Made by a program: the position numbers and the translations under genes. Shown in pieces: positions 18,732 to 29,426 of a stretch of 54,429 nucleotides of DNA; position 1 is the first letter of the stretch, and each line of letters begins with the position of its first letter. The notes under the pieces were generated by a model that saw only the letters and a program-made list of their open reading frames with translations, had not been told where the DNA came from and made no database searches. The stretch covers positions 1 to 54,429 of the forward strand of contig CANCSL010000001.1 of NCBI GenBank assembly GCA_947380835.1, written 5' to 3'. Origin of the DNA: Actinomycetota bacterium. GTDB lineage: Bacteria; Actinomycetota; Actinomycetes; Nanopelagicales; Nanopelagicaceae.

Positions 18732-19967
18732 CTATTTCAGATGGGAATGGAGCGCGTAGGCACCAGGGTCAGTGAGAGAGGCAACTTGGTCTATGACCAC
18801 ACGGAGGCGTTCGTCATCAGAATGGGCACCCTCCCAGTCATCCAAAAAGAAGGATTCCAACGTTTGCGGGGCTCCCGCAAGGACTTTTTCGACAAGTTCA
18901 TGAATCAATATCTGTTGTTCTAAATATCGTTTTTGCGCGACATCGGCATTGATGACATAAAAGCCAGCAATAGCTTTGAGCAAAGCCACCTCGACGCGTT
19001 GAGCCCGCGGAACAATTAAAGATGCGCCATATCTTGTTAGATCGGAGTCACCATATTTATCTCTGGTCGAACGTTCGGCTGCTAAAGCAAAGCGCCCGAT
19101 CATTTGACTCGCTAAGTCTTTTAAGCGCGCCAAGTGGCGGTGGCTCCCGTCGTAATCGGCTGGCCAGCAAGAGAGAGCTTGCAAATTAGAAAGTGCCGTT
19201 TCTGATTCCGATTCAGTGATATCGGAGAGGTAGGTAGATTTCGCTACCGAAAAAAGATCCGAGAGGTCGTTGCGCAAGAAGTGCAGTTTGACCTGACCTG
19301 AAACTAACGCGTCTTCAAAATCGTGAACGGAATATGCAACATCATCAGACCAGTCCATGATTTGAGCCTCGAGCGAGGTGCCACCAGTCGGAGCGCCTTC
19401 GCGCATCCAATTAAAGATTTCGACATCATCGTCATAGACGCCAAATTTCTTTGATGCTTCGGTTCGTGCCCACGGATATTTTGTGGCGGCATCTAAGGAG
19501 CTTCTTGTGAGATTGAGACCAATAGATTTTCCAAAAGGGGTAACTGTCTTTGCTTCCAAGCGAACCAAAAGCCGGAAAGACTGTGCATTGCCCTCAAAGC
19601 CACCGCAACTTTGGGCAATCTGATTAAGTGCATCTTCGCCATTATGACCAAAAGGCGGATGGCCAATGTCATGCGCCAGACATGCACCTTCCATGAGATC
19701 AGGATCTGCGCCTAACGCCTCGCCCAATTCGCGTCCAACCTGAGCGCATTCCAGCGAATGCGAGAGGCGAGTTCGCGGAAAATCCGCAGCCCACGGAACT
19801 GCAACCTGCGTTTTAGCAGCCAACCGCCGAAGCGCAAACGAATGAATAATTCGAGCTCGATCTCGCGCGAACTCGGTTCGACCTGGGCGCTTTGCCGGCT
19901 CGTCCAAGAAACGTTCACGATCGGCATCTGTATATCCCGGATGCTCATGAGCTGCGCGAAGAACCAT
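18732..19967 (-). CDS. dgt: dGTP triphosphohydrolase-like HD-domain protein
   Basis: HSLECAQVGR...LAHDIGHPPFGH is the HD-domain dNTPase signature. It sits directly upstream of dnaG. Confidence 0.9.
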   Translation of the reverse strand: MVLRAAHEHPGYTDADRERFLDEPAKRPGRTEFARDRARIIHSFALRRLAAKTQVAVPWAADFPRTRLSHSLECAQVGRELGEALGADPDLMEGACLAHDIGHPPFGHNGEDALNQIAQSCGGFEGNAQSFRLLVRLEAKTVTPFGKSIGLNLTRSSLDAATKYPWARTEASKKFGVYDDDVEIFNWMREGAPTGGTSLEAQIMDWSDDVAYSVHDFEDALVSGQVKLHFLRNDLSDLFSVAKSTYLSDITESESETALSNLQALSCWPADYDGSHRHLARLKDLASQMIGRFALAAERSTRDKYGDSDLTRYGASLIVPRAQRVEVALLKAIAGFYVINADVAQKRYLEQQILIHELVEKVLAGAPQTLESFFLDDWEGAHSDDERLRVVIDQVASLTDPGAYALHSHLK

Positions 19968-19980
19968 AGTGCGCTCGAGT

Positions 19981-20607
19981 CTAGTTCTTCAGGTGATCGG
20001 AAAGGTGGATACCTATGCGATCAATCGTTTTGTAGGCCAGATATGCCCCGGTTTCGCGTACTACATATTTGGATCCGGCCGCGCTCCAGATATTTGCCTG
20101 ACCTTGATCAGGCGCGCAGGTTGCAAGGACTCCTAAATCTTTTGCCATGCTGATGGCCCGGAAGCAGTGAAAGGGATCGGTGACAACGATGACGCTCTTC
20201 CATCCCCGTTTCTTCATTTCTGCTACGTAATTCTTGGTGCTCGTCAAAGTATCACGACCAACTGGAACCACGACGAGATTGGGCGCAGATACCCCAAGTA
20301 AACGCAACGAATTCGCGCTGCTTTGGGCTTCGGTGGTTCGATCTCCGATTGCTCCGCCGCCTACCGTGATGATCTTTTTGGCCATCCCACTTGTGAAGAC
20401 AGCAAATGCCCGATCAATGCGAAGCTGGAGCACCGGGGTGGGCTTGCCGTTAAATTGCGCAGCACCCAACACCACAATGACATCGCTTTTCACCGGATGC
20501 GAGGAAGTTCCCGTAGTCCAAATCTGAGACGCGATGTAGAGCGGCACCACGACAACGAGAAGAACAATGACCGTTATTAAGCGTTTGGCAAACTTAAATA
20601 GAAACAC
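19981..20607 (-). CDS. YdcF/DUF218 family (ElyC/SanA-like) membrane-anchored protein
   Basis: N-terminal TM segment, then VIVVLGAAQ...ITVGGG...TEA, a DUF218 pattern. GTG start with a GGGGGA SD. Confidence 0.75.
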   Translation of the reverse strand: MFLFKFAKRLITVIVLLVVVVPLYIASQIWTTGTSSHPVKSDVIVVLGAAQFNGKPTPVLQLRIDRAFAVFTSGMAKKIITVGGGAIGDRTTEAQSSANSLRLLGVSAPNLVVVPVGRDTLTSTKNYVAEMKKRGWKSVIVVTDPFHCFRAISMAKDLGVLATCAPDQGQANIWSAAGSKYVVRETGAYLAYKTIDRIGIHLSDHLKN

Positions 20608-20609
20608 GA

Positions 20610-21806
20610 CTATCCCCCGGAGACAGAATCGTCGATGGTGATCGCTGGAATTTCATCAGGATCATTAAGCCAACCATCTGGCAATGAAACTGGTCGCCCG
20701 TGACTGCTGCGACCTCGAGGTGATTCCGCAACCGTGCTGGGGTAAGGCTGCTCTTCCAGTTGGGAAAGTAAGAATTCCAACTCTCCGAGGGATGAAACCA
20801 TGCCAAAAGCAGATCGAATCTCTCGCGGAACTCTGAAACCTTTGAGGTACCAAGCCATATGTTTACGCAGATCGCGCAGCGCACGGCCTTCACTTTCAAA
20901 GAACTCAACTAGCAATTCTCCGTGACGATAAATAATCTCTCTGACTTCAAAAAGTGTTGGCTCGGTCCGTTGATCAGAACCGTGGAAAGCGCTCACCAAA
21001 TCTGCAAAGAGCCATGGTCGACCCAAACATCCTCGACCGACGACTACCCCAGCACAGCCAGTTTCTTCGACCATCCGTACGCCATCTGCACCGCTCCAGA
21101 TATCTCCGTTACCTAGAACCGGCACTCCTGTAGGGGCAAGATGTTGAACTAAACGGGTAATTTGGCTCCAGTCCGCCGTTCCTTCATACATTTGCGAAGC
21201 GGTGCGAGCATGCAGAGCGACCCAGGCCACGCCCGCGTCGGCGGCGGAAGAGGCAGCGTCTAAGAATGTGTGATGATCGCCGTCGATTCCAATTCGCATC
21301 TTGACCGTAACGGGTACGCCAAAAGGCGCTGCAGCTTGAACAGCCGAATTAACAATGTTGGAAAAAAGTTGACGTTTGAAAGGAAGCGCTGCTCCTCCCC
21401 CACGTCTGGTTACTTTTGGAACCGGGCAACCGAAGTTGAGATCAATATGATCAGCCAAGTTCTCTTCCATCAACATTCGAACGGCGAGCCCGACAACTTT
21501 TGGATCTACTCCGTACAACTGAACAGATCTGGGCGTCTCGCCTTTACCGGGAGTAATGAGTCGTAACGTCTCTGGATGGCGCTCAATTAATGCGCGCGCT
21601 GTGACCATCTCTGAAACAAAAAGGCCAGCGCCTTGTTCGCGACAGAGTGTGCGAAATGCCGAATTGGTAATTCCAGCCATCGGGGCTAAAACAACTGGCG
21701 TGGTGAGAACCACCTCGTCATTTTCAAACTGGCCGTTGGCAATTGGAAGACGAAGTGGATTATGAGTGGCTTGCTTCAGCACCCCAACAACCGTGGCGCC
21801 AGCCAT
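20610..21806 (-). CDS. tRNA-dihydrouridine synthase (Dus family)
   Basis: [16 protein letters not shown] and LHARTA motifs. The start is uncertain: ATG 21806 overlaps the glyS 3' end by 31 nt, and GTG 21782 is an alternative. Confidence 0.88.
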   Translation of the reverse strand: MAGATVVGVLKQATHNPLRLPIANGQFENDEVVLTTPVVLAPMAGITNSAFRTLCREQGAGLFVSEMVTARALIERHPETLRLITPGKGETPRSVQLYGVDPKVVGLAVRMLMEENLADHIDLNFGCPVPKVTRRGGGAALPFKRQLFSNIVNSAVQAAAPFGVPVTVKMRIGIDGDHHTFLDAASSAADAGVAWVALHARTASQMYEGTADWSQITRLVQHLAPTGVPVLGNGDIWSGADGVRMVEETGCAGVVVGRGCLGRPWLFADLVSAFHGSDQRTEPTLFEVREIIYRHGELLVEFFESEGRALRDLRKHMAWYLKGFRVPREIRSAFGMVSSLGELEFLLSQLEEQPYPSTVAESPRGRSSHGRPVSLPDGWLNDPDEIPAITIDDSVSGG

Positions 21807-23155
21807 GCCGACACCTGATCCAGTGAAATGCGCTCTTGCGCCATAGTGTCACGATCGCGGATGGTGACCGCGTTATCTTCTAAAGTATCGAAGTCGATGG
21901 TGATGCAATAAGGAGTACCGATCTCATCTTGGCGGCGATAACGTCTGCCAATTGCACCAGCATCATCGAAGTCAACACTCCAATTTTGACGCAATTCTGC
22001 AGCTAAATCGCGGGCTTTAGGAGATAAGTCAGCGTTACGTGAAAGTGGAAGAACTGCCACCTTGACTGGGGCCAGACGGTGATCCAACTTCATGACCGCA
22101 CGTTTTTCCATTTCGCCCTTGGAATTTGGAGCCTCATCTTCGGTGAAGGCATCCATGAGGAAAGTGAGAGCACAGCGATCAACACCTGCAGCTGGTTCAA
22201 TGACGAAAGGAACCCAACGTTCGTTCTTCTCCTGATCAAACCAAGAGAGATCTTTTCCAGAAGCAGCACCATGAGCCTTTAAATCGAAATCAGTGCGGCT
22301 AGCAATACCTTCGAGCTCGCCCCATTCGGTGCCAGTGAATTCGAACTTGTATTCGATATCTACGGTGCGCTTGGAGTAGTGAGACAGCTTCTCTTTGGGG
22401 TGTTCGAAAAGACGCAGGCGATCGGGATTGATTCCCAGATTCTTGTACCAAGCCAAACGAGTATCAATCCAGTATTGGTGCCATTCTTCATCTGTACCTG
22501 GAACGACAAAGAATTCCATTTCCATTTGTTCAAATTCTCGTGTGCGGAAGATGAAGTTTCCGGGAGTAATTTCATTGCGGAACGACTTTCCAATTTGGCC
22601 AATTCCAAAAGGTGGCTTCTTGCGTGAGGTGGTCGCTACGTTCTCAAAGTTAATAAAGATTCCTTGTGCTGTTTCTGGACGAAGATATGCCAGACCAGAT
22701 TCATCTTCTACTGCACCGAGATACGTTTTCAGCAAACCACTAAATTGCTTGGGATTTGTGAATTTTCCTTTGTTGCCGCAGTTAGGGCAATTAACTTCTT
22801 CCATAGATGAAGGTGCGCGGCCGTTCTTCGCTTCAAAGGCTTCTTCTAAATGGTCAGCGCGATAACGCTTGTGACAAGCAGTGCACTCTGTTAACGGATC
22901 GGAGAATGTTTCGACGTGGCCAGAGGCTTCCCACACTTCGCGGGCCAAGATGACGCAGGAATCTAGACCAACAACATCTTCGCGGCCCTGAACCATGGAC
23001 TTCCACCACTGGCGCTTGACATTATTTTTGAGTTCTACGCCCAAGGGGCCGTAATCCCAAGCAGCGCGCAAGCCGCCGTAAATTTCTGATGATGGGTAAA
23101 CAAATCCGCGTCGCTTAGCGAGGCTGACGATGGTGTCTAATCTATCTGCGGCCAT
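21776..23155 (-). CDS. glyS: Glycine--tRNA ligase (alpha2 dimeric type)
   Basis: [28 protein letters not shown]...FRNEITP...FEQMEMEFF are class II GlyRS signatures. Start chosen at ATG 23155. Confidence 0.95.
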   Translation of the reverse strand: MAADRLDTIVSLAKRRGFVYPSSEIYGGLRAAWDYGPLGVELKNNVKRQWWKSMVQGREDVVGLDSCVILAREVWEASGHVETFSDPLTECTACHKRYRADHLEEAFEAKNGRAPSSMEEVNCPNCGNKGKFTNPKQFSGLLKTYLGAVEDESGLAYLRPETAQGIFINFENVATTSRKKPPFGIGQIGKSFRNEITPGNFIFRTREFEQMEMEFFVVPGTDEEWHQYWIDTRLAWYKNLGINPDRLRLFEHPKEKLSHYSKRTVDIEYKFEFTGTEWGELEGIASRTDFDLKAHGAASGKDLSWFDQEKNERWVPFVIEPAAGVDRCALTFLMDAFTEDEAPNSKGEMEKRAVMKLDHRLAPVKVAVLPLSRNADLSPKARDLAAELRQNWSVDFDDAGAIGRRYRRQDEIGTPYCITIDFDTLEDNAVTIRDRDTMAQERISLDQVSAWLAPRLLGC

Positions 23156-23214
23156 GTTGTTCTCTCTTCCGGCTGGCTGTCGGCTCTTCCTTGCTGGTCG
23201 CAAGAAATAGAATT

Positions 23215-23487
23215 TTACCTTGTATAGGCACCAGGCTCGTCGATTGCGAGCGCCAGCATGGGTACCGCTTCCATTTTCACGCGATTATTGCTGAGGGCTC
23301 TGCGATAAGAACCCACATTCTTCCAAATTGTTGCCAACGCCCAAAGATCAGCTTCGTCAGTGTTCTGGCCAAACTCCCCTTGAATGAAGCCGTCGCAGGC
23401 GGCGAGCGCGGCAAGCGCGGCTTCGGCGTCAAGGCTGAACTGCGGAACCGAGGCGGCTGGTACGCGGAAACGAGCAATGGCGATCAC
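23215..23487 (-). CDS. Antibiotic-biosynthesis-monooxygenase (ABM/DUF-like ferredoxin fold) small protein
   Basis: 90 aa, IAIARFRV...F...A...L....GF..GE.G...D....W.....W...G.YRRAL, an ABM-like pattern. GTG start at 23487. Confidence 0.6.
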   Translation of the reverse strand: MIAIARFRVPAASVPQFSLDAEAALAALAACDGFIQGEFGQNTDEADLWALATIWKNVGSYRRALSNNRVKMEAVPMLALAIDEPGAYTR

Positions 23488-23517
23488 GGTCGAAGGCTAG
23501 CGGTAGAAAAATGGAAA

Positions 23518-23532
23518 TGACAATCATTTTCA
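23518..23532. promoter_or_regulatory. Candidate Zur box (TGACAATCATTTTCA) upstream of the ZIP-zur operon
   Basis: A 7-1-7 inverted repeat with one mismatch to the actinobacterial Zur core TGAAAAT-N-ATTTTCA as I recall it. It is embedded in a larger palindrome, ATGGAAATGAcaaTCATTTTCAT (23511-23533), and lies 20 nt upstream of the ZIP start codon. Confidence 0.65.
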
Positions 23533-23551
23533 TTTTTGGTACTCTCCCGTT

Positions 23552-24286
23552 ATGACTCCAGTACTGCTCGCGGCCCTGACCGTATTAGCGACCACTTTGG
23601 GCGGAACAGTGGCACTTCGCTCAAAAGATCGATTCCACCTGGTTCTCGGGCTTTCCGCTGGGCTCTTGTTGGGCCTAGTTGCCTTTGACCTCATGCCAGA
23701 GGTCTTCGCCAACGCCACCTTGCAGATTGGCGGGCTACCAGCAGTCACCCTCGCTTTTGTAGGTGGTTTTTTGGCCCTGCATTTCTTCGAGCAATTCGCC
23801 GGCTCCCACGAACCCGCTGATTCTGACTACGACCACGATCACACGCATTACGGAAATATTGCTGGCGCCGTGGGCTCCCTTGCCATGGCCGGTCACGTCT
23901 TCCTGGACGGAATGGCCCTAGGCCTGGCATTTCATGTCAGTAATGCATTTGGTTTTGCCGTCTTCTTGGCTCTGTTGGTCCACGCCTTTAGCGATGGCCT
24001 CAATACCGTTGCTCTCCTAATTAAGGGCGGCTCTTGGAGTTCACGTGGAAAATTGTTGTTACTCGTCGATGCAATCGCTCGAATAAGCGGCGCAGCCATT
24101 GGTGGCGCACTCACGATCAGCAGCAGCTGGCTCGCTATTTATCTTGCCATTTTCTCCGGTTTCATCATTTACATCGCTACTTCACACATCCTGCCCGAAG
24201 CCCACTCGCGTCACCCTTCGCGCATGACCATGCTGGCAACATTGGCTGGCGTCGCCATCATGTGGTTAGTGGTGGCCGCACTATGA
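23552..24286 (+). CDS. ZIP family divalent metal (zinc) transporter
   Basis: 244 aa, polytopic, with a His-rich loop (HEPADSDYDHDHTHYG) and HAFSDGL / HILPEAH ZIP-type motifs. Confidence 0.85.
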   Translation: MTPVLLAALTVLATTLGGTVALRSKDRFHLVLGLSAGLLLGLVAFDLMPEVFANATLQIGGLPAVTLAFVGGFLALHFFEQFAGSHEPADSDYDHDHTHYGNIAGAVGSLAMAGHVFLDGMALGLAFHVSNAFGFAVFLALLVHAFSDGLNTVALLIKGGSWSSRGKLLLLVDAIARISGAAIGGALTISSSWLAIYLAIFSGFIIYIATSHILPEAHSRHPSRMTMLATLAGVAIMWLVVAAL

Positions 24287-24648
24287 GCAAGTCTGCAACG
24301 AAGGTACTTCAAGCCCTCGAACGGGTTGGCGGTTTCGCCAGCGCACAAGAGCTACATCTTGTTTTGAAACGCAACCAGGAATCTATAGGTTTAACAACGG
24401 TTTATCGCACCTTGCAAAATTTAGTCAACGATAAATCAGTCGATATTTTGCGCAAAGATGATGGCGAGGCGATCTACCGTTTATGTGGCGATTCGCATCA
24501 TCACCATCTCGTCTGCAAAAACTGTGGCAAGACCGTCGAAATCGAAGGTGGCGCAATTGAAAAATGGGCACAAAAATCTGGCGAAGAAAATGGCTTTCGC
24601 GAGATTGGCCACACCGCCGAAATATTCGGCATCTGCAGTGACTGCTAA
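24283..24648 (+). CDS. zur: Fur-family zinc uptake regulator
   Basis: 121 aa: a winged helix (TVYRTLQNL), then HHHHLVCKNCGK...C-x2-C at the C-terminus. The ATGA overlaps the ZIP stop. Start chosen at 24283 rather than the ORF-track 24034. Confidence 0.88.
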   Translation: MSKSATKVLQALERVGGFASAQELHLVLKRNQESIGLTTVYRTLQNLVNDKSVDILRKDDGEAIYRLCGDSHHHHLVCKNCGKTVEIEGGAIEKWAQKSGEENGFREIGHTAEIFGICSDC

Positions 24649-25413
24649 TTAAGCCTTTCCAAACCTGCGTTCACGCTCGGCATAGATTTCAATAGCCTTC
24701 CATAGCGTGCGTCGATCCACATCCGGCCAGAGAACATCCATAAAGACCATCTCGGCATACACCGATTGCCAAGGTAGAAAATTGCTGGTGCGCTGCTCAC
24801 CAGAAGAGCGCAAGAACAAGTCAACGTTGCTCATCTTGGGTTGATAGAGGTGGCTCGCGAATAACTTCTCGGTGATCTGCTCTGGCTTGATCTTCTTCTT
24901 CGCTGCTAGTTCTGCAATCTCTCTGGCAGCATCAACTATTTCAGCGCGTCCCCCATAATTAACACACATATTGAGTGTTAATACGGTGTTGGATTTCGTC
25001 ATATCTTGAGCAATTTCCAGCTCTTTAATAACGCTAGACCATAATTTTTGCGGTCTGCCTGCCCATTGCACCTTGACCCCAATTTCGTTCATTTCATCGC
25101 GTCTGCGGCGGATGACATCGCGATTAAATCCCATGAGGAAACGAACCTCCTCCGGCGTGCGCTTCCAGTTCTCCGTTGAAAATGCGTAAGCGCTAACCTC
25201 TTTGACGCCGATTTCGATGGCGCCATGAACCACATCAAGGAGCGAGGCTTCCCCAGCTTCGTGTCCGGCTGTTCTGGGAAGTCCCCTGGCTTTTGCCCAG
25301 CGGCCATTGCCATCCATCACTACTGCTACGTGGTGCGGAATTGCAGATGCCGGAAGTTTCGGTGGCTGTGCACCAGATGGATGAGGTGATGGCGCTACAT
25401 ATTTCTTGGCCAT
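24649..25413 (-). CDS. uppS: Isoprenyl transferase (undecaprenyl/decaprenyl diphosphate synthase family)
   Basis: [24 protein letters not shown] and [15 protein letters not shown]. Start chosen at ATG 25413, 2 nt after the recO stop. Confidence 0.93.
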   Translation of the reverse strand: MAKKYVAPSPHPSGAQPPKLPASAIPHHVAVVMDGNGRWAKARGLPRTAGHEAGEASLLDVVHGAIEIGVKEVSAYAFSTENWKRTPEEVRFLMGFNRDVIRRRRDEMNEIGVKVQWAGRPQKLWSSVIKELEIAQDMTKSNTVLTLNMCVNYGGRAEIVDAAREIAELAAKKKIKPEQITEKLFASHLYQPKMSNVDLFLRSSGEQRTSNFLPWQSVYAEMVFMDVLWPDVDRRTLWKAIEIYAERERRFGKA

Positions 25414-25415
25414 TC

Positions 25416-26147
25416 TTACGCTCTCTCCACTAACGGAAGACTGCGCAAGCCACGCTCGAGGTGCCATTGCAGATAAGCCGCAATCAATCCAGAAGCCTCG
25501 CGACGATGGCGAAGTTCGCTGGTTACGGCGCTCTCCCAATCACCGGTCTGTAAATCGGACATGAGTTGCAATGTATCTATCGTGGGAGTTGCTGCAGCTG
25601 ATGGCTTGCAATCTACACAGACGCTGCCGCCACCGACGAGAGAAAAATATTTATGCGGCCCGGGCTTGTCGCAACGCGAGCAGGTCGTGAGCGACGGGGC
25701 GTATCCAGCAACGGAGAGAGAACGTAATAAATAGGCATCCAGAATAAGTGATGGATCGTAGGTGTTGTGCGCTAACGCTTTCAGGGCACCGACAACTAAC
25801 AAGAATTGTTGCAAAGCCGGTTCGTGCTCTTGTTGAGTGAAGCGTTCAGCTGATTCCAAAATGGCAGATGCAACGGTCCACTGCTGGTAATCAGCAGTCA
25901 GGGCATCGCCAAAATTTTCGATGCTTTCGGCTTGAGTGACGACGTCAAAAGTCTTGCCCGTGTACAGCTGCAGATCCACGTAACTTGTTGGCTCTAGGCG
26001 TGCGCCAAATCTAGATTTAGTTCGTCTGACCCCTTTAGCGACGGCACGTAAACGGCCATGGTCACGGGTAAAGAGCGTGATGATGCGATCGGCCTCGCCC
26101 AATTTCTGGGTGCGAAGGACGATCGCTTGATCACGATAGAGAGCCAC
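25416..26147 (-). CDS. recO: DNA repair protein RecO
   Basis: 243 aa: [12 protein letters not shown]...[14 protein letters not shown] and a Cys cluster C-x2-C...C-x2-C. It is adjacent to uppS, as in Mycobacterium. Confidence 0.9.
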   Translation of the reverse strand: MALYRDQAIVLRTQKLGEADRIITLFTRDHGRLRAVAKGVRRTKSRFGARLEPTSYVDLQLYTGKTFDVVTQAESIENFGDALTADYQQWTVASAILESAERFTQQEHEPALQQFLLVVGALKALAHNTYDPSLILDAYLLRSLSVAGYAPSLTTCSRCDKPGPHKYFSLVGGGSVCVDCKPSAAATPTIDTLQLMSDLQTGDWESAVTSELRHRREASGLIAAYLQWHLERGLRSLPLVERA

Positions 26148-26177
26148 GGATTACACCGTAACGGTTACAGCGGAAAT

Positions 26178-27914
<1,737 letters not shown>

Positions 27915-28045
27915 TTATTTACTCCTCTGTAAGGCTTTCACGGGATTTGGTGTTTACCGGCACAACCAAAACCCGCGGGCGAGGTGACCGGTTAGTTGGC
28001 CCCGCCGCGGCAGCGAAGGAGGAGTGAAGTGAAGAGGCTGCTCAT
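27915..28045 (-). promoter_or_regulatory. leuA leader: a 17-codon Leu-rich leader ORF (27992..28045, MSSLFTSLLLRCRGGAN) plus a GC hairpin with U-tract and an anti-SD element
   Basis: The leader reads ATG AGC AGC CTC TTC ACT TCA CTC CTC CTT CGC TGC CGC GGC GGG GCC AAC TAA on the minus strand. The hairpin arms are at 28000-28010 and 27973-27984, followed by GTTTTGGTTG (27963-27972). Leader ACTCCTC (28019-28025) is the exact complement of the leuA SD GAGGAGT (27921-27927). Confidence 0.6.
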
Positions 28046-28066
28046 GGCAAAAGGGTATATCCCTTA

Positions 28067-29371
28067 TTAGAGAACGGGCAAATACCGATCTAACTCAAAT
28101 GCGCTCACTTGGCGTCGATAATCGGCCCATTCAGCGCGTTTGTTCCGCAAAACATACTCAAAAACATCTTCGCCTAATGTTTCCCGGACCAAAGTGCTGG
28201 ATTCCATAGCGGTTATTGCCTCATCCAGATTGGTAGGAAGCTTCTCAGGGTTAGCTGACTCGACTAGTTCATACCCATCCGTGACGCCTTTGAGCCCAGC
28301 GGCAATGATGACTGCAAAGGCTAAATAGGGGTTGCATGCAGAATCTGGCGAGCGCACTTCTATTCGCGTGGAGTTCTCCTTCTTTGGCTTATAAGAAGGA
28401 ATTCGCACTAACGAAGAACGATCGTTATGGCCCCAGGTCACCAAAGCTGGAGCTTCTCCCCCGCCAGTCAAGCGCTTATAAGAGTTGACCCACTGGTTGG
28501 TGATCGCCGTGAACTCGCGCGCATGTCGCAAAATTCCAGCAATAAAAGAGCGACCGACCGCCGAAAGTTGATGAGGTGCGCCTTCTTCATAAAAAGCATT
28601 TTCTTCACCACTAAAGAGCGAGAAGTGAGTATGCATTCCTGAGCCAGGATGATCGGTGAAAGGCTTGGGCATGAACGAGGCATGGAAACCTTGATCCAAA
28701 GCCACTTCCTTCACCACATGGCGGAAGGTCATGATGTTGTCAGCGGTGCTCAAGGCATCGGCATATCGCAGATCGATTTCCTGTTGCCCCGGAGCCGCTT
28801 CGTGATGGCTGAACTCGACGGAAACGCCCATCGCTTCCAGGAGAGTGATCGCCTGACGTCTGAAGTCATGTCCCACGATCGAAGGGGTCTGATCGAAATA
28901 TCCACCTGAATCCACAGGTACAGGAATTTCACCAGCGACGGGTGGTTTTGCGAAGAGAAAAAATTCCATCTCGGGGTGGGTGTAACAGGTAAAGCCCATT
29001 TCGCCGGCCTTACTCAAGGTGCGCTTCAAAACATTACGCGGGTCGGCAGGTGATGGTTGACCGTTTGGTGAGGCGATATCGCAGAACATACGCGCGGCAC
29101 CCGGAGCTTCGGTACGCCAAGGCAGCACCGCGAACGTTGAAGGATCTGGCTTAGCCAACATGTCGGATTCAGTGACGCGAGCAAAGCCCTCGATCGCCGA
29201 CCCATCAAATCCAATACCTTCAGCAAAAACATTTTCGAGTTCGGCGGGTGCAATCGCCACCGACTTTAAAAAGCCAAGTACATCGGTAAACCACAAACGG
29301 ACAAAGCGAATACCGCGCTCTTCTAAGGTGCGCAGCACAAACTCTTCTTGGCGGGAGATCTCATCGCTCAT
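28067..29371 (-). CDS. glnA2: Glutamine synthetase, GlnA2-type (type I family)
   Basis: The N-terminus QEEFVLRTLEERGIRFVRLWFTDVLGFLKSVAIAPAELE is very close to mycobacterial GlnA2 as I remember it. 434 aa with catalytic-domain motifs (HHEAAPGQQEID). Confidence 0.88.
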   Translation of the reverse strand: MSDEISRQEEFVLRTLEERGIRFVRLWFTDVLGFLKSVAIAPAELENVFAEGIGFDGSAIEGFARVTESDMLAKPDPSTFAVLPWRTEAPGAARMFCDIASPNGQPSPADPRNVLKRTLSKAGEMGFTCYTHPEMEFFLFAKPPVAGEIPVPVDSGGYFDQTPSIVGHDFRRQAITLLEAMGVSVEFSHHEAAPGQQEIDLRYADALSTADNIMTFRHVVKEVALDQGFHASFMPKPFTDHPGSGMHTHFSLFSGEENAFYEEGAPHQLSAVGRSFIAGILRHAREFTAITNQWVNSYKRLTGGGEAPALVTWGHNDRSSLVRIPSYKPKKENSTRIEVRSPDSACNPYLAFAVIIAAGLKGVTDGYELVESANPEKLPTNLDEAITAMESSTLVRETLGEDVFEYVLRNKRAEWADYRRQVSAFELDRYLPVL

Positions 29372-29394
29372 GAGCGCAATTCTCTCCAGCCCAG

Positions 29395-29411
29395 GTTACG
29401 GGCATGTTAAC
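29395..29411. promoter_or_regulatory. Possible GlnR-type box (GTTAC-N6-GTTAAC) upstream of glnA2
   Basis: A direct repeat of GTnAC-like pentamers with 6-nt spacing, 24-40 nt upstream of the glnA2 ATG. It resembles the gTnAc-n6-GaAAc GlnR consensus from memory. This is a single short match. Confidence 0.25.
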
Positions 29412-29426
29412 TAGCAGGCTTGATGG

